Assembly (NCBI GenBank): GCA_020160975.1
Contig: JAIUPJ010000001.1
Location: forward strand, 907,551-971,550
Reading direction: 5' to 3'
Length of the DNA: 64,000 nucleotides
Source: Patescibacteria group bacterium
GTDB lineage: Bacteria > Patescibacteriota > Saccharimonadia > Saccharimonadales > Saccharimonadaceae
Position numbers and translations under genes: made by a program. Below are positions 41,653-49,751 of the stretch, in pieces; positions within the stretch are counted from its first letter, which is position 1; the number at the start of each line of letters is the position of its first letter. The notes beneath the pieces are model-generated. The model did not search any database. It had not been told where the DNA came from and worked only from the letters and a program-made list of their open reading frames with translations.

Positions 41653-43641
41653 TCAGGCCTCGTTGCTCGCTTCCGCAGAGCTCGGGGTCGACTCGGTGGT
41701 GCCTTGCGGCTTGCTGGTCGTGGCCTGAGCCACGAGCAGCTGCAGCAGCTCGAGCAGGTTGCCACCACCACCGCCGCCCGTGATGAGGGTCTGCGGCATG
41801 TACGGCGTCTGGCTCTTGCTCAGTGCATCGACGACGGCCACGGCAGCGGTCTGACCCGCACCGATGGCGTCACGCTGCGCCTGGTATCCAGCCGCCTGGC
41901 CCTCACCGAGGGCTCGGGCGGCGGAGCCGTTGGCTTCACCGATGGCACGGATCTTGGCAGCCTCACCGGCACCGAGCTCCTCCAGGACCTTGCGGTCACC
42001 GGTCGCCTTGGCCACGGCAGCTTCGGCGTTCGCCCTGTTGATCTCGACCGAGACCTGGGCGGCGGCCTTCTGCTGCTGCATGTCAGCCTGACCCTTCATC
42101 GCCTCCATGTCGATGCGCGCGTTCTCGGCGTCCTTCTGGGCGCCGTACGTCTGCTTCTTCTGGTTGGCGATTTCTCGGGTTCTGAGAACCTCGGCGAGGT
42201 CATCGGGAAGTCTGACGTCCTGGATGTAGACGCCGCGCACCTCGACGAAGTACTCGTTGAGGTACTCCTTGATGTACTCGGTGGCCTTCTGCTGAACGCT
42301 GCTGCGGGTCTGGATGAAGTCCGTTGCCGCAAGCTTGGAGAGCGTGTCGCGGAAGTAGTTGCCAACCGCGGCCTGAAGGACCTCGTTCACCAACTTGGCG
42401 ATCGACTCCACCGACCCGATCACCTTGGCGGCGTTCGTGTCGGGGATGTGGATCTGGACTTGCAGTTCGATCGCGAACTCGAACGCGTCGTTCGACTTCG
42501 CAACGATGGTGCTGAGCTCCCTGTCGAGGCCGTGCTCGGACTCGACGTTGTCGGCCCAGTTGAGCTGCAGGATGCTGGTGGGGACGATGATCGGCTGGTA
42601 GATGGTCTGGTTGAGACCCTTCTTGCTGGTGCGGATCACATCCGACCAGATGCCTTCGTGACCGGGTGCCACGATGGATCCGAACTTGTACGTCTCACCG
42701 GACTTGTCCTCAGTCGGCAGGCCGACGTACGCCTTGATGACCGCGACCTGGCCCTGCTCGACCACCAGCATGGGCTGGAGGTCGACCTTGAACAGGAAGG
42801 GGTTGATGGCGTAGTCACCCGAACGCAGCACGTCATGCTGAAGGCCTCGGCGGCCTCCCGCATCCAGGAACGCCTGGGCGTCCTGGTAGTTGTTGTGCAG
42901 TGCGTTGTGGTCGCCGAGCACCGTCTGGATGACCTCATTCGAGGAAGCGTTGGACGCCTCCAACGAGCGGATGTCATCGAAGCTACCGATGCGGCCGGCA
43001 ATCGTTCCCGGCTCGAGCGGCGGACCGTCGAGCGCGGTGAGGATGCCAACCTGGTCGGTGGGGATGGTGACGTAGTGCAGGTCCTTGCTCTGTGCGAGCT
43101 GAACCATCTGCTCGGCGTCACGGTTGACGGGTCGCCCATAGGTACCGTTGACCGTCACCACGATGAAGGCATCGGGGTGGATGGTGTAGGTACCCGGGGT
43201 GAGCACGTGACGCTGGACGCCCTGCTGGCCACCGTTGTCGACGAAGGACTTGACGTCCTGAAAGTTGCCGTACTCGGGCTTGTAGGCCGCGCTCGTCGCT
43301 CCCGTCGGAATCGGTGCTCCCACCTGGGAGATGACGATGCCGAAGGTCTTGTCCGGGATGCTGATGATCGGCACCTTGCGGTTGCTGAACATCGGCCACA
43401 GACGAAGGTGAGGGCCGGTCGCGAGGGCACCTGGCTGGATGCCGTTCTCGCCGTTGAGCGCGATGAAGCCGTTGTTTTCGAGCGACTTCCCGCCGAAGTT
43501 CTTCGTGAGAAAGGCGTTGTAGCCCTCACGTACGAACATGAAGCTCTTCGCGAAGACGAACAGGACGATGAGAACGACCAGTCCGATCACGATGAGCATC
43601 GGTGAGATGCTGATACCAAAGGGCACGAGAGTTCCTTTCAC
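41653..43641 (-). CDS. flotillin-like SPFH/band-7 protein (FloT/YqiK type)
   Basis: 662 aa. N-terminal TM, SPFH domain, Ala/Glu-rich flotillin repeats and a Gly-rich C-terminus. The gene is about 65% GC, against about 50% for its neighbours. Confidence 0.85.
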   Translation of the reverse strand: MKGTLVPFGISISPMLIVIGLVVLIVLFVFAKSFMFVREGYNAFLTKNFGGKSLENNGFIALNGENGIQPGALATGPHLRLWPMFSNRKVPIISIPDKTFGIVISQVGAPIPTGATSAAYKPEYGNFQDVKSFVDNGGQQGVQRHVLTPGTYTIHPDAFIVVTVNGTYGRPVNRDAEQMVQLAQSKDLHYVTIPTDQVGILTALDGPPLEPGTIAGRIGSFDDIRSLEASNASSNEVIQTVLGDHNALHNNYQDAQAFLDAGGRRGLQHDVLRSGDYAINPFLFKVDLQPMLVVEQGQVAVIKAYVGLPTEDKSGETYKFGSIVAPGHEGIWSDVIRTSKKGLNQTIYQPIIVPTSILQLNWADNVESEHGLDRELSTIVAKSNDAFEFAIELQVQIHIPDTNAAKVIGSVESIAKLVNEVLQAAVGNYFRDTLSKLAATDFIQTRSSVQQKATEYIKEYLNEYFVEVRGVYIQDVRLPDDLAEVLRTREIANQKKQTYGAQKDAENARIDMEAMKGQADMQQQKAAAQVSVEINRANAEAAVAKATGDRKVLEELGAGEAAKIRAIGEANGSAARALGEGQAAGYQAQRDAIGAGQTAAVAVVDALSKSQTPYMPQTLITGGGGGGNLLELLQLLVAQATTSKPQGTTESTPSSAEASNEA

Positions 43642-43741
43642 TCTACGTTGGGTGTCGGGATTGACACTGAAAATAAATTATAGCATTCTTTTCTAAATTA
43701 TGCAATTTTATGTCACAGAATAAATATGAAATATACGTAAA

Positions 43742-43768
43742 TTAGCACTCGCACTTGACGAGTGCTAA
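43742..43768 (+). promoter_or_regulatory. CIRCE element (HrcA operator), a perfect match to the consensus
   Basis: TTAGCACTC-gcacttgac-GAGTGCTAA read directly: 9-bp inverted repeat with a 9-nt spacer, identical to the CIRCE consensus TTAGCACTC-N9-GAGTGCTAA. Confidence 0.85.
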
Positions 43769-43784
43769 TTTGTGCGTTAAAATC
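43756..43784 (+). promoter_or_regulatory. sigma70-type promoter for clpC (TTGACG-N17-TAAAAT) overlapping the CIRCE
   Basis: ttgacg agtgctaatttgtgcgt taaaat. The -35 lies inside the right arm of the CIRCE. GGAGGG RBS at 43817-22 and ATG at 43831. Confidence 0.5.
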
Positions 43785-43830
43785 AGAGGTGACGTGGGCG
43801 ATTAATGCCCAGAAACGGAGGGCAATTACT

Positions 43831-46302
43831 ATGATGCCAGAAGATTTTGCAGAGTTTATTTCACACCTATCTGATAATGCCAAGATGAGCGTGCAGCACG
43901 CTGACGCCATCGCGCGTGGCAACGGCAGCAACTATATTGGCACTGAACACCTGTTGCTGGGCGTGCTTGCACAAGGTTCGAGTGCAGGTGCAAAAGTCAT
44001 GGCAGATGCCGGAGTGACATTGGCAAAGGCTGAGCAACTACTAGACATTAAGCCGACGCAGATTGTCGTGAGCACTGGCGCCGTAGGCCTCAGTGACACC
44101 GCATTGCTGACGCTGCGTATGGGCTGGGAGACCGCCAAAGAGTTTAATCACGAGCACCTAGGCACCGAACATATTCTTTACAGCCTACTTCGCCAGAACA
44201 CGGCGCGTGCAACTACATTGCTACGCGATGAGATGAATATCGATATCGATGATGTCGTGAGTGAATTGGAGAGTTACTTTGACCGCATCCGTGGCGAACA
44301 TGGTGATGTCGCAACTGAGCCAAAGACACGTCCGGTCAAAGGTGGTGCGTTGAGTACATTCGGGATTGATTTGACTGCTAAAGCATTGACTGGTGAGCTC
44401 GATGCGATGATTGGCCGCGCCAAAGAAACTGAACGACTAGTGACAGTTCTAAGTCGCCGCACGAAGAACAACCCGGTGCTGATTGGGGAGCCAGGGGTTG
44501 GTAAAACAGCTATCGTAGAAGGGCTCGCGCAACGAATTGTGCACGAAGAAGTGCCCGATCACCTGCTCGACAAGCGGGTGATCATGCTTGATATGGCCGC
44601 GATGATCGCTGGTACAAAGTATCGCGGTGAGTTTGAAGATCGTCTCAAAAAAGTTGTCAATGAAATCAAGAAATCGGGCAATACGATTGTCTTCATCGAC
44701 GAATTACACCTTCTTGTGGGCGCGGGGGCTGCCGAGGGTAGCATGGATGCGGCCAATATCTTGAAGCCAGCCCTAGCACGCGGCGAGCTGCATATGATCG
44801 GCGCGACTACGCTGGATGAGTATCGCAAGTATATCGAAAAAGACACTGCGCTTGAAAGGCGATTCCAGACAATTATCGTTAAGGAACCAAGTCTCAAAGA
44901 GACGCTCGGTATTTTAAAGGGCTTGAAGGGTTACTATGAAAAGCATCACGGTGTGGCGATGAGCGATGATATCCTCGAAGCGGCCGTGTACATGAGTGAT
45001 CGCTACGTGGCGGATCGGTTCATGCCGGACAAAGCGATCGATGTGATTGATGAAGCCGCGGCGTTAGTGCGAGTCAAACAAGGGCACAAGCCAAGCAAGC
45101 AGCGCGAGTTACTCAAGGAGCTCAAAAACCTTAACGAGCGTATGGAAGAGGCTGTGGCGGCTGAAGACTATGAACGAGCAGCGCTCTACAAGCAGCGCGT
45201 TAGCCAGATCCAAGAAAAACTGGAAGTGGTCCGCGAGACACAAGAGCGAAAGGATGCAATTGCCCTGAGCGAGGACGACATCTCGCATGCTATCGCTGTC
45301 ATGACAAATATTCCTGCAGAAAAGGTGAAAACCAACGAAGCGGCGCTCCTAAAAACACTCGAGAAACAACTCGCTAAGTACGTGATTGGCCAGGAAGAAG
45401 CGGTCACAAAAGTAGCAAAAGCGATTCGCCGCAGCCGTAGCGGGGTGGCTAGCGAAAAGCGACCGATCGGTAGCTTTGTATTTATGGGTCCAACTGGGGT
45501 TGGTAAAACAGAGCTAGCGCGGGTCTTAGCTCGAGAGGTATTTGGAAGTGCCGATGCCTTGATCAAAATTGACATGAGTGAGTTTGGCGAAAAGCACACG
45601 ACCAGCCGACTAATCGGTGCGCCTGCAGGCTATGTGGGATATGAAGACGGCGGCAAGCTGACCGATAAAGTGCGACGCCAGCCATATAGTGTGATTTTGT
45701 TTGATGAGATCGAAAAAGCACATCCTGAGGTGTTTCAGTTGATGCTACAGCTACTTGAAGACGGCACATTGACAGATGCAAAAGGTCGCGCGGTGAGTTT
45801 TCGCAACACCATAATCATCATGACGAGCAATCTCGGTGCCGATAAGATGATGAAAGAATCGACACTTGGATTTGGTGGTACGACCAGTGAAAGTAAGCTA
45901 GAAGACATCCATGCTCGCAACGCCCGCGCGACGCAAGAAGAGTTGGAAAAGTTTATGCGCCCAGAGCTCATTAATCGTCTAGACGGCGTCGTCACTTTCC
46001 GGGCCTTGACTCGCCCTGAAGTCGGGAAGATATTTGATCTACTGGTCGAAGAGCTTCGCCAGAGGCTGGTGCGACAAAGTATCGGCATTCACGTGACGCC
46101 TGCAGCCAAAAAGTATTTGATCGGCAAGGGGTACAGTACGAAATTTGGCGCTCGTCCACTGAGGCGGACAATTGAGGACGAACTAGAGCATCGCATTGCT
46201 GAGGGAATATTGGGTTCTGAGTACCAAAAAGGCGCTATACTAGAAGTACGAATCGACAAGGGAGTGCTCCAGATTGAACCAAGAAACGAATCTGACAAGT
46301 AA
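43831..46302 (+). CDS. clpC: ATP-dependent Clp protease ATP-binding subunit ClpC (class III AAA+ chaperone)
   Basis: Two Clp-N repeats, two AAA+ modules (GEPGVGKT; GPTGVGKT), and a UVR motif between them. The track ORF starts at 43762, but RBS and promoter support 43831 (MMPEDF...). Confidence 0.9.
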   Translation: MMPEDFAEFISHLSDNAKMSVQHADAIARGNGSNYIGTEHLLLGVLAQGSSAGAKVMADAGVTLAKAEQLLDIKPTQIVVSTGAVGLSDTALLTLRMGWETAKEFNHEHLGTEHILYSLLRQNTARATTLLRDEMNIDIDDVVSELESYFDRIRGEHGDVATEPKTRPVKGGALSTFGIDLTAKALTGELDAMIGRAKETERLVTVLSRRTKNNPVLIGEPGVGKTAIVEGLAQRIVHEEVPDHLLDKRVIMLDMAAMIAGTKYRGEFEDRLKKVVNEIKKSGNTIVFIDELHLLVGAGAAEGSMDAANILKPALARGELHMIGATTLDEYRKYIEKDTALERRFQTIIVKEPSLKETLGILKGLKGYYEKHHGVAMSDDILEAAVYMSDRYVADRFMPDKAIDVIDEAAALVRVKQGHKPSKQRELLKELKNLNERMEEAVAAEDYERAALYKQRVSQIQEKLEVVRETQERKDAIALSEDDISHAIAVMTNIPAEKVKTNEAALLKTLEKQLAKYVIGQEEAVTKVAKAIRRSRSGVASEKRPIGSFVFMGPTGVGKTELARVLAREVFGSADALIKIDMSEFGEKHTTSRLIGAPAGYVGYEDGGKLTDKVRRQPYSVILFDEIEKAHPEVFQLMLQLLEDGTLTDAKGRAVSFRNTIIIMTSNLGADKMMKESTLGFGGTTSESKLEDIHARNARATQEELEKFMRPELINRLDGVVTFRALTRPEVGKIFDLLVEELRQRLVRQSIGIHVTPAAKKYLIGKGYSTKFGARPLRRTIEDELEHRIAEGILGSEYQKGAILEVRIDKGVLQIEPRNESDK

Positions 46303-47308
46303 TACCACCGTAGTAGCACCGCCACCGCGGCGCAAGAATTATATGTGGCGTGCTGTCCTATCGGCTGCCGCAGTGCTGGTGTTGTCTGGGTGTGGGATCC
46401 TGTATGGGCAGCAGGTTGTCGATGCTATAAAAGCTAGGTTGTATCATCCGACAGGGCAGATTGAGAGCGTCACCACGCGTCTTCAGTTGACCGACAGAGG
46501 TAGAGATATCTTCTATGCCACCAACCCTTTGGTTGAGTCAAAACAAGAGTTCAATAACAATTGCCAAAGCGAGGAACGTACAGTCGCAATCTTGGGCTGC
46601 TACTACCGTGATCGCGTGTATTTGTACGCTATTGCCAACGAAAAGCTCGACGGCACACTAGAGGTCACAGCAGCGCACGAGATGCTGCATGCGGCATACC
46701 AGCGGTTGAACTTTTTTGAACGAGCACGAGTTGACCAATTGATAAAAACGCAATATGCCGCGCTGAAAGACGACGCTTCTCTGAAAGAGATTATGCAGTA
46801 TTATCAGCAAGCGGAACCGGGGGCTGAGATCAACGAGCTCCACTCGATCCTTGGCACTACTGTGGCAACACTTGATCCCGAACTCGAGCAGTACTACAAT
46901 CGCTATTTTGGTGACCGGGCATCAATAGTGGCGCTTAATGCAACGTACAACAAAGTGTTTGGTGACATCAAAAAGCAAACCGATGAACTGGAAGCTCGCA
47001 TCAAGGTTACCGAGACGAGCCTCAAGGCAGACCTCGGGGTATACGAGGTCGACAGGCGACAGGTTGAGCTGGATATCAGCAACTTTAATGAGCAAGCAAG
47101 CACCGGTGCATTTGCGACACGTAGTGCATTTAATGCCGCGCGTAGTGCGCTAGTAGCTCGTGTGGATGCGCTAAACACGCGCCGTGATGAGATTAATCAG
47201 CGAGTGGCGGCCTACAACGCAGATGTGGCGGCGATCAATAAACTGGCAGTACAAGCGAGTGATCTCTATAAGAGTATCAATGGTGCTGAGACGACGACGG
47301 GCGTGTAG
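46274..47308 (+). CDS. hypothetical lipoprotein-like protein with an HExxH motif and a C-terminal coiled coil
   Basis: 344 aa. N-terminal hydrophobic segment ending LSGCG (lipobox-like). AAHEMLHAAY motif. Sits between clpC and radA. Confidence 0.5.
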   Translation: MNQETNLTSNTTVVAPPPRRKNYMWRAVLSAAAVLVLSGCGILYGQQVVDAIKARLYHPTGQIESVTTRLQLTDRGRDIFYATNPLVESKQEFNNNCQSEERTVAILGCYYRDRVYLYAIANEKLDGTLEVTAAHEMLHAAYQRLNFFERARVDQLIKTQYAALKDDASLKEIMQYYQQAEPGAEINELHSILGTTVATLDPELEQYYNRYFGDRASIVALNATYNKVFGDIKKQTDELEARIKVTETSLKADLGVYEVDRRQVELDISNFNEQASTGAFATRSAFNAARSALVARVDALNTRRDEINQRVAAYNADVAAINKLAVQASDLYKSINGAETTTGV

Positions 47309-47310
47309 AG

Positions 47311-48663
47311 ATGGCAAAAGCAAAGTCACGTTTCGTTTGTCAACAATGCGGTGCGAGTTTTCCTAAATGGACCGGCAAATGTGAGAATTGCGGCGAGTGG
47401 AACAGCCTCGTCGAGCAAGTAATCGCCTCGACAGGCAACTCGGTTGTGGCGCGGAGTTCGCATAGCGGCAAACTACTCGTGCCTCAGACGATGCGCTCGA
47501 TCAGTGCCGAAGCATCGACCGCGCGACTTACAACTGGTATCGGGGACTTAGACCTCGTACTTGGAGGTGGAGTCTTGCCGGGCGGGGTTATTCTCCTTGC
47601 AGGCCAGCCGGGAATTGGTAAGTCGACGTTACTGTTGCAGGTTGCAGCATCAATCGCTGCAAAACACACAGTGCTCTATGCAAGCGGTGAAGAAAGCGCT
47701 AGTCAAGTCAAATTGCGAGCGGCGCGGCTGGGAGCAGAAGCGGGTGATGATTTGCATTTTGTGGCCAGCACCAGCGCCGATGACATCGCCGCAACGATTC
47801 GCAGCGGTACGTATTCGCTCGTCATTATCGATAGTATCCAGACGCTAAGTCTTGATGAAATTTCGAGCGCACCGGGAACGGTTAGTCAGATTACCAACTC
47901 CTCGAATGTGATTATCCGAGCTGCAAAAGAATCAGGTGCGGCAGTCATACTGGTAGGGCATGTGACCAAGGAGGGTTCAATTGCCGGCCCGAAAGTGCTC
48001 GAGCATTTAGTGGATGTCGTCTTGCAGTTCGAGGGCGACCGCTACGGCGGGTTCAAAGTAGTACGCGCGATCAAAAACCGCTATGGCTCAACCAGTGAGG
48101 CTGCGATCTTTGAAATGGGTGAGCGAGGGCTTGAATTGGTGGAAAATCCCTCGGCAGCGCTGCTTGCGGAACGGCAAATTACTGACGGGTCGGTGGTGCT
48201 GGCGACGCTTGAAGGCAATCGGCCTATTCTGGTAGAAATTCAAGCACTTGTCAATCACACGAATTTCGGGTATCCTAAAAGAACAGCAAGTGGGTTCGAT
48301 CTCAACCGACTTAATCTCCTCATCGCGGTGCTGGAGAGGCGCACCAAACTGAATTTATCGGATAAAGATATCTATATCAATGTCGTGGGAGGACTTAAGC
48401 TTGCTGATCCAGCTGCCGATTTGGCGGTGGCTATGGCGATTGCTAGCGCTGCCGCTGGTCGCAAATTAGGTGATGAACTAGTGGTGTTTGGTGAGGTAGG
48501 TTTGGGAGGCGAAATTCGTTCGGCACAGCTGGCCGACAAACGTATCGCTGAGGCCAAGAAACTTGGGTTCACCAGGGCAATTGCTCCTGCAGGAGGCAGA
48601 AAAGATTCATTTATAACAGGCGTGCGCGACTTGCGACACGCATTAATCGACTACCTGAAGTAA
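47311..48663 (+). CDS. radA: DNA repair protein RadA/Sms
   Basis: 450 aa. N-terminal C4 zinc finger (CQQCG...CENCGEW), RecA-like Walker A (GQPGIGKST) and a Lon-like C-terminal domain. Confidence 0.95.
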   Translation: MAKAKSRFVCQQCGASFPKWTGKCENCGEWNSLVEQVIASTGNSVVARSSHSGKLLVPQTMRSISAEASTARLTTGIGDLDLVLGGGVLPGGVILLAGQPGIGKSTLLLQVAASIAAKHTVLYASGEESASQVKLRAARLGAEAGDDLHFVASTSADDIAATIRSGTYSLVIIDSIQTLSLDEISSAPGTVSQITNSSNVIIRAAKESGAAVILVGHVTKEGSIAGPKVLEHLVDVVLQFEGDRYGGFKVVRAIKNRYGSTSEAAIFEMGERGLELVENPSAALLAERQITDGSVVLATLEGNRPILVEIQALVNHTNFGYPKRTASGFDLNRLNLLIAVLERRTKLNLSDKDIYINVVGGLKLADPAADLAVAMAIASAAAGRKLGDELVVFGEVGLGGEIRSAQLADKRIAEAKKLGFTRAIAPAGGRKDSFITGVRDLRHALIDYLK

Positions 48664-48707
48664 TTATCAGGAGATACGCGGAGTTCTACTTATTGGGAAT
48701 TCTCTGA

Positions 48708-49694
48708 ATGCACCTCACTGAGTGGGCTCCTGGTATCTATCGAAAGGAACGTATGGAAACAAAAGACATTATATTACTTGCTGTGACACTGCTGATACTT
48801 GGCGAAGTCACATATTTGTTGGCACGATTGCCAAAAACGTCAATTAAAGCTAAGGATCGTGCTGTGTTAGTCGATACCTCGGTGCTGATGGATGGGCGCA
48901 TCACTGCTCTAGCACGAACAGGATTTATCGGCGGGACGCTGGTAATTCCACGAAGTGTGGTTGGTGAGCTGCAGTTTTTGGCTGACAATGCAGACGCTGA
49001 CAAGCGCGCCCGTGCGCGGCACGGACTCGATATCGTGACAGAATTGCAGCATATGCCCGAAGTAGAAGTAGAATTGCTACAGGATGGTAGCCGTGCCACT
49101 GAAGGCGTGGATGAGCGGCTGCTTGCACTCGCTAAGAAGCACCAGGCGGTTATTTGTACGCTTGACTATAATCTCAACAAGGTTGCGGTTGTAGAGGGCA
49201 TCACGGTACTCAATATCAATGAGCTGGCGCAGGCGCTTCGCATGGCGCACTTGCCTGGTGAGGAATTGATGATCGAGGTCGTGCAAAAAGGTCAAGACAG
49301 CCATCAAGGCGTGGGGTACCTTCCTGACGGCACGATGGTAGTGGTTGAACAAGCGAATAAGCTGATCGGACAAGCAGTACAGGTTGAGATTGTTCGCAGC
49401 CTCCAGACCGCTGCCGGCAAGATGATGTTTGCAAAGAGAGTTGGCGTTAAGCCAGTAGCTACCCAGGGAACAGCCGTGCTCAAGGCGGCCGTTTCATCGA
49501 CGGGCGGAAGAAAGCAGGCGCAGACCACGCAACGTCAGAATTCGACTGAGCCCGAGAAACACGGACAGCAGAACCGCCGCACAAATGATACACCGAAACG
49601 CGCCTCTCAGCGACGAGCGTATCATGCCCAGCCAAAGCGGCAGAGCAGAGATCGTGAGGATGCACTGCTCGATCTCGTGAATAACCAGAAGTAA
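48708..49694 (+). CDS. PIN and TRAM domain protein (YacL-like)
   Basis: N-terminal TM, PIN domain (AVLVDTSVLMDGR) and C-terminal TRAM. An alternative start is the Met at 48756. Confidence 0.8.
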   Translation: MHLTEWAPGIYRKERMETKDIILLAVTLLILGEVTYLLARLPKTSIKAKDRAVLVDTSVLMDGRITALARTGFIGGTLVIPRSVVGELQFLADNADADKRARARHGLDIVTELQHMPEVEVELLQDGSRATEGVDERLLALAKKHQAVICTLDYNLNKVAVVEGITVLNINELAQALRMAHLPGEELMIEVVQKGQDSHQGVGYLPDGTMVVVEQANKLIGQAVQVEIVRSLQTAAGKMMFAKRVGVKPVATQGTAVLKAAVSSTGGRKQAQTTQRQNSTEPEKHGQQNRRTNDTPKRASQRRAYHAQPKRQSRDREDALLDLVNNQK

Positions 49695-49707
49695 CGAGAA
49701 AAATAAT

Positions 49708-49731
49708 CCCCTCCGTAGAGGGGTTATTTTT
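49708..49731 (+). terminator. bidirectional intrinsic terminator between yacL and the PBP gene
   Basis: cccctc cgta gagggg followed by ttattttt; A-run on the other side. Confidence 0.6.
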
Positions 49732-49751
49732 AGCTAGTCGTTACTTCTTCT

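Noticed and set aside
41620-43605. 661-codon plus-strand ORF
   Set aside because: It is exactly antisense to the flotillin gene in 65% GC DNA. Its translation is Arg/Gly/Leu-rich low-complexity. This is a classic shadow ORF.
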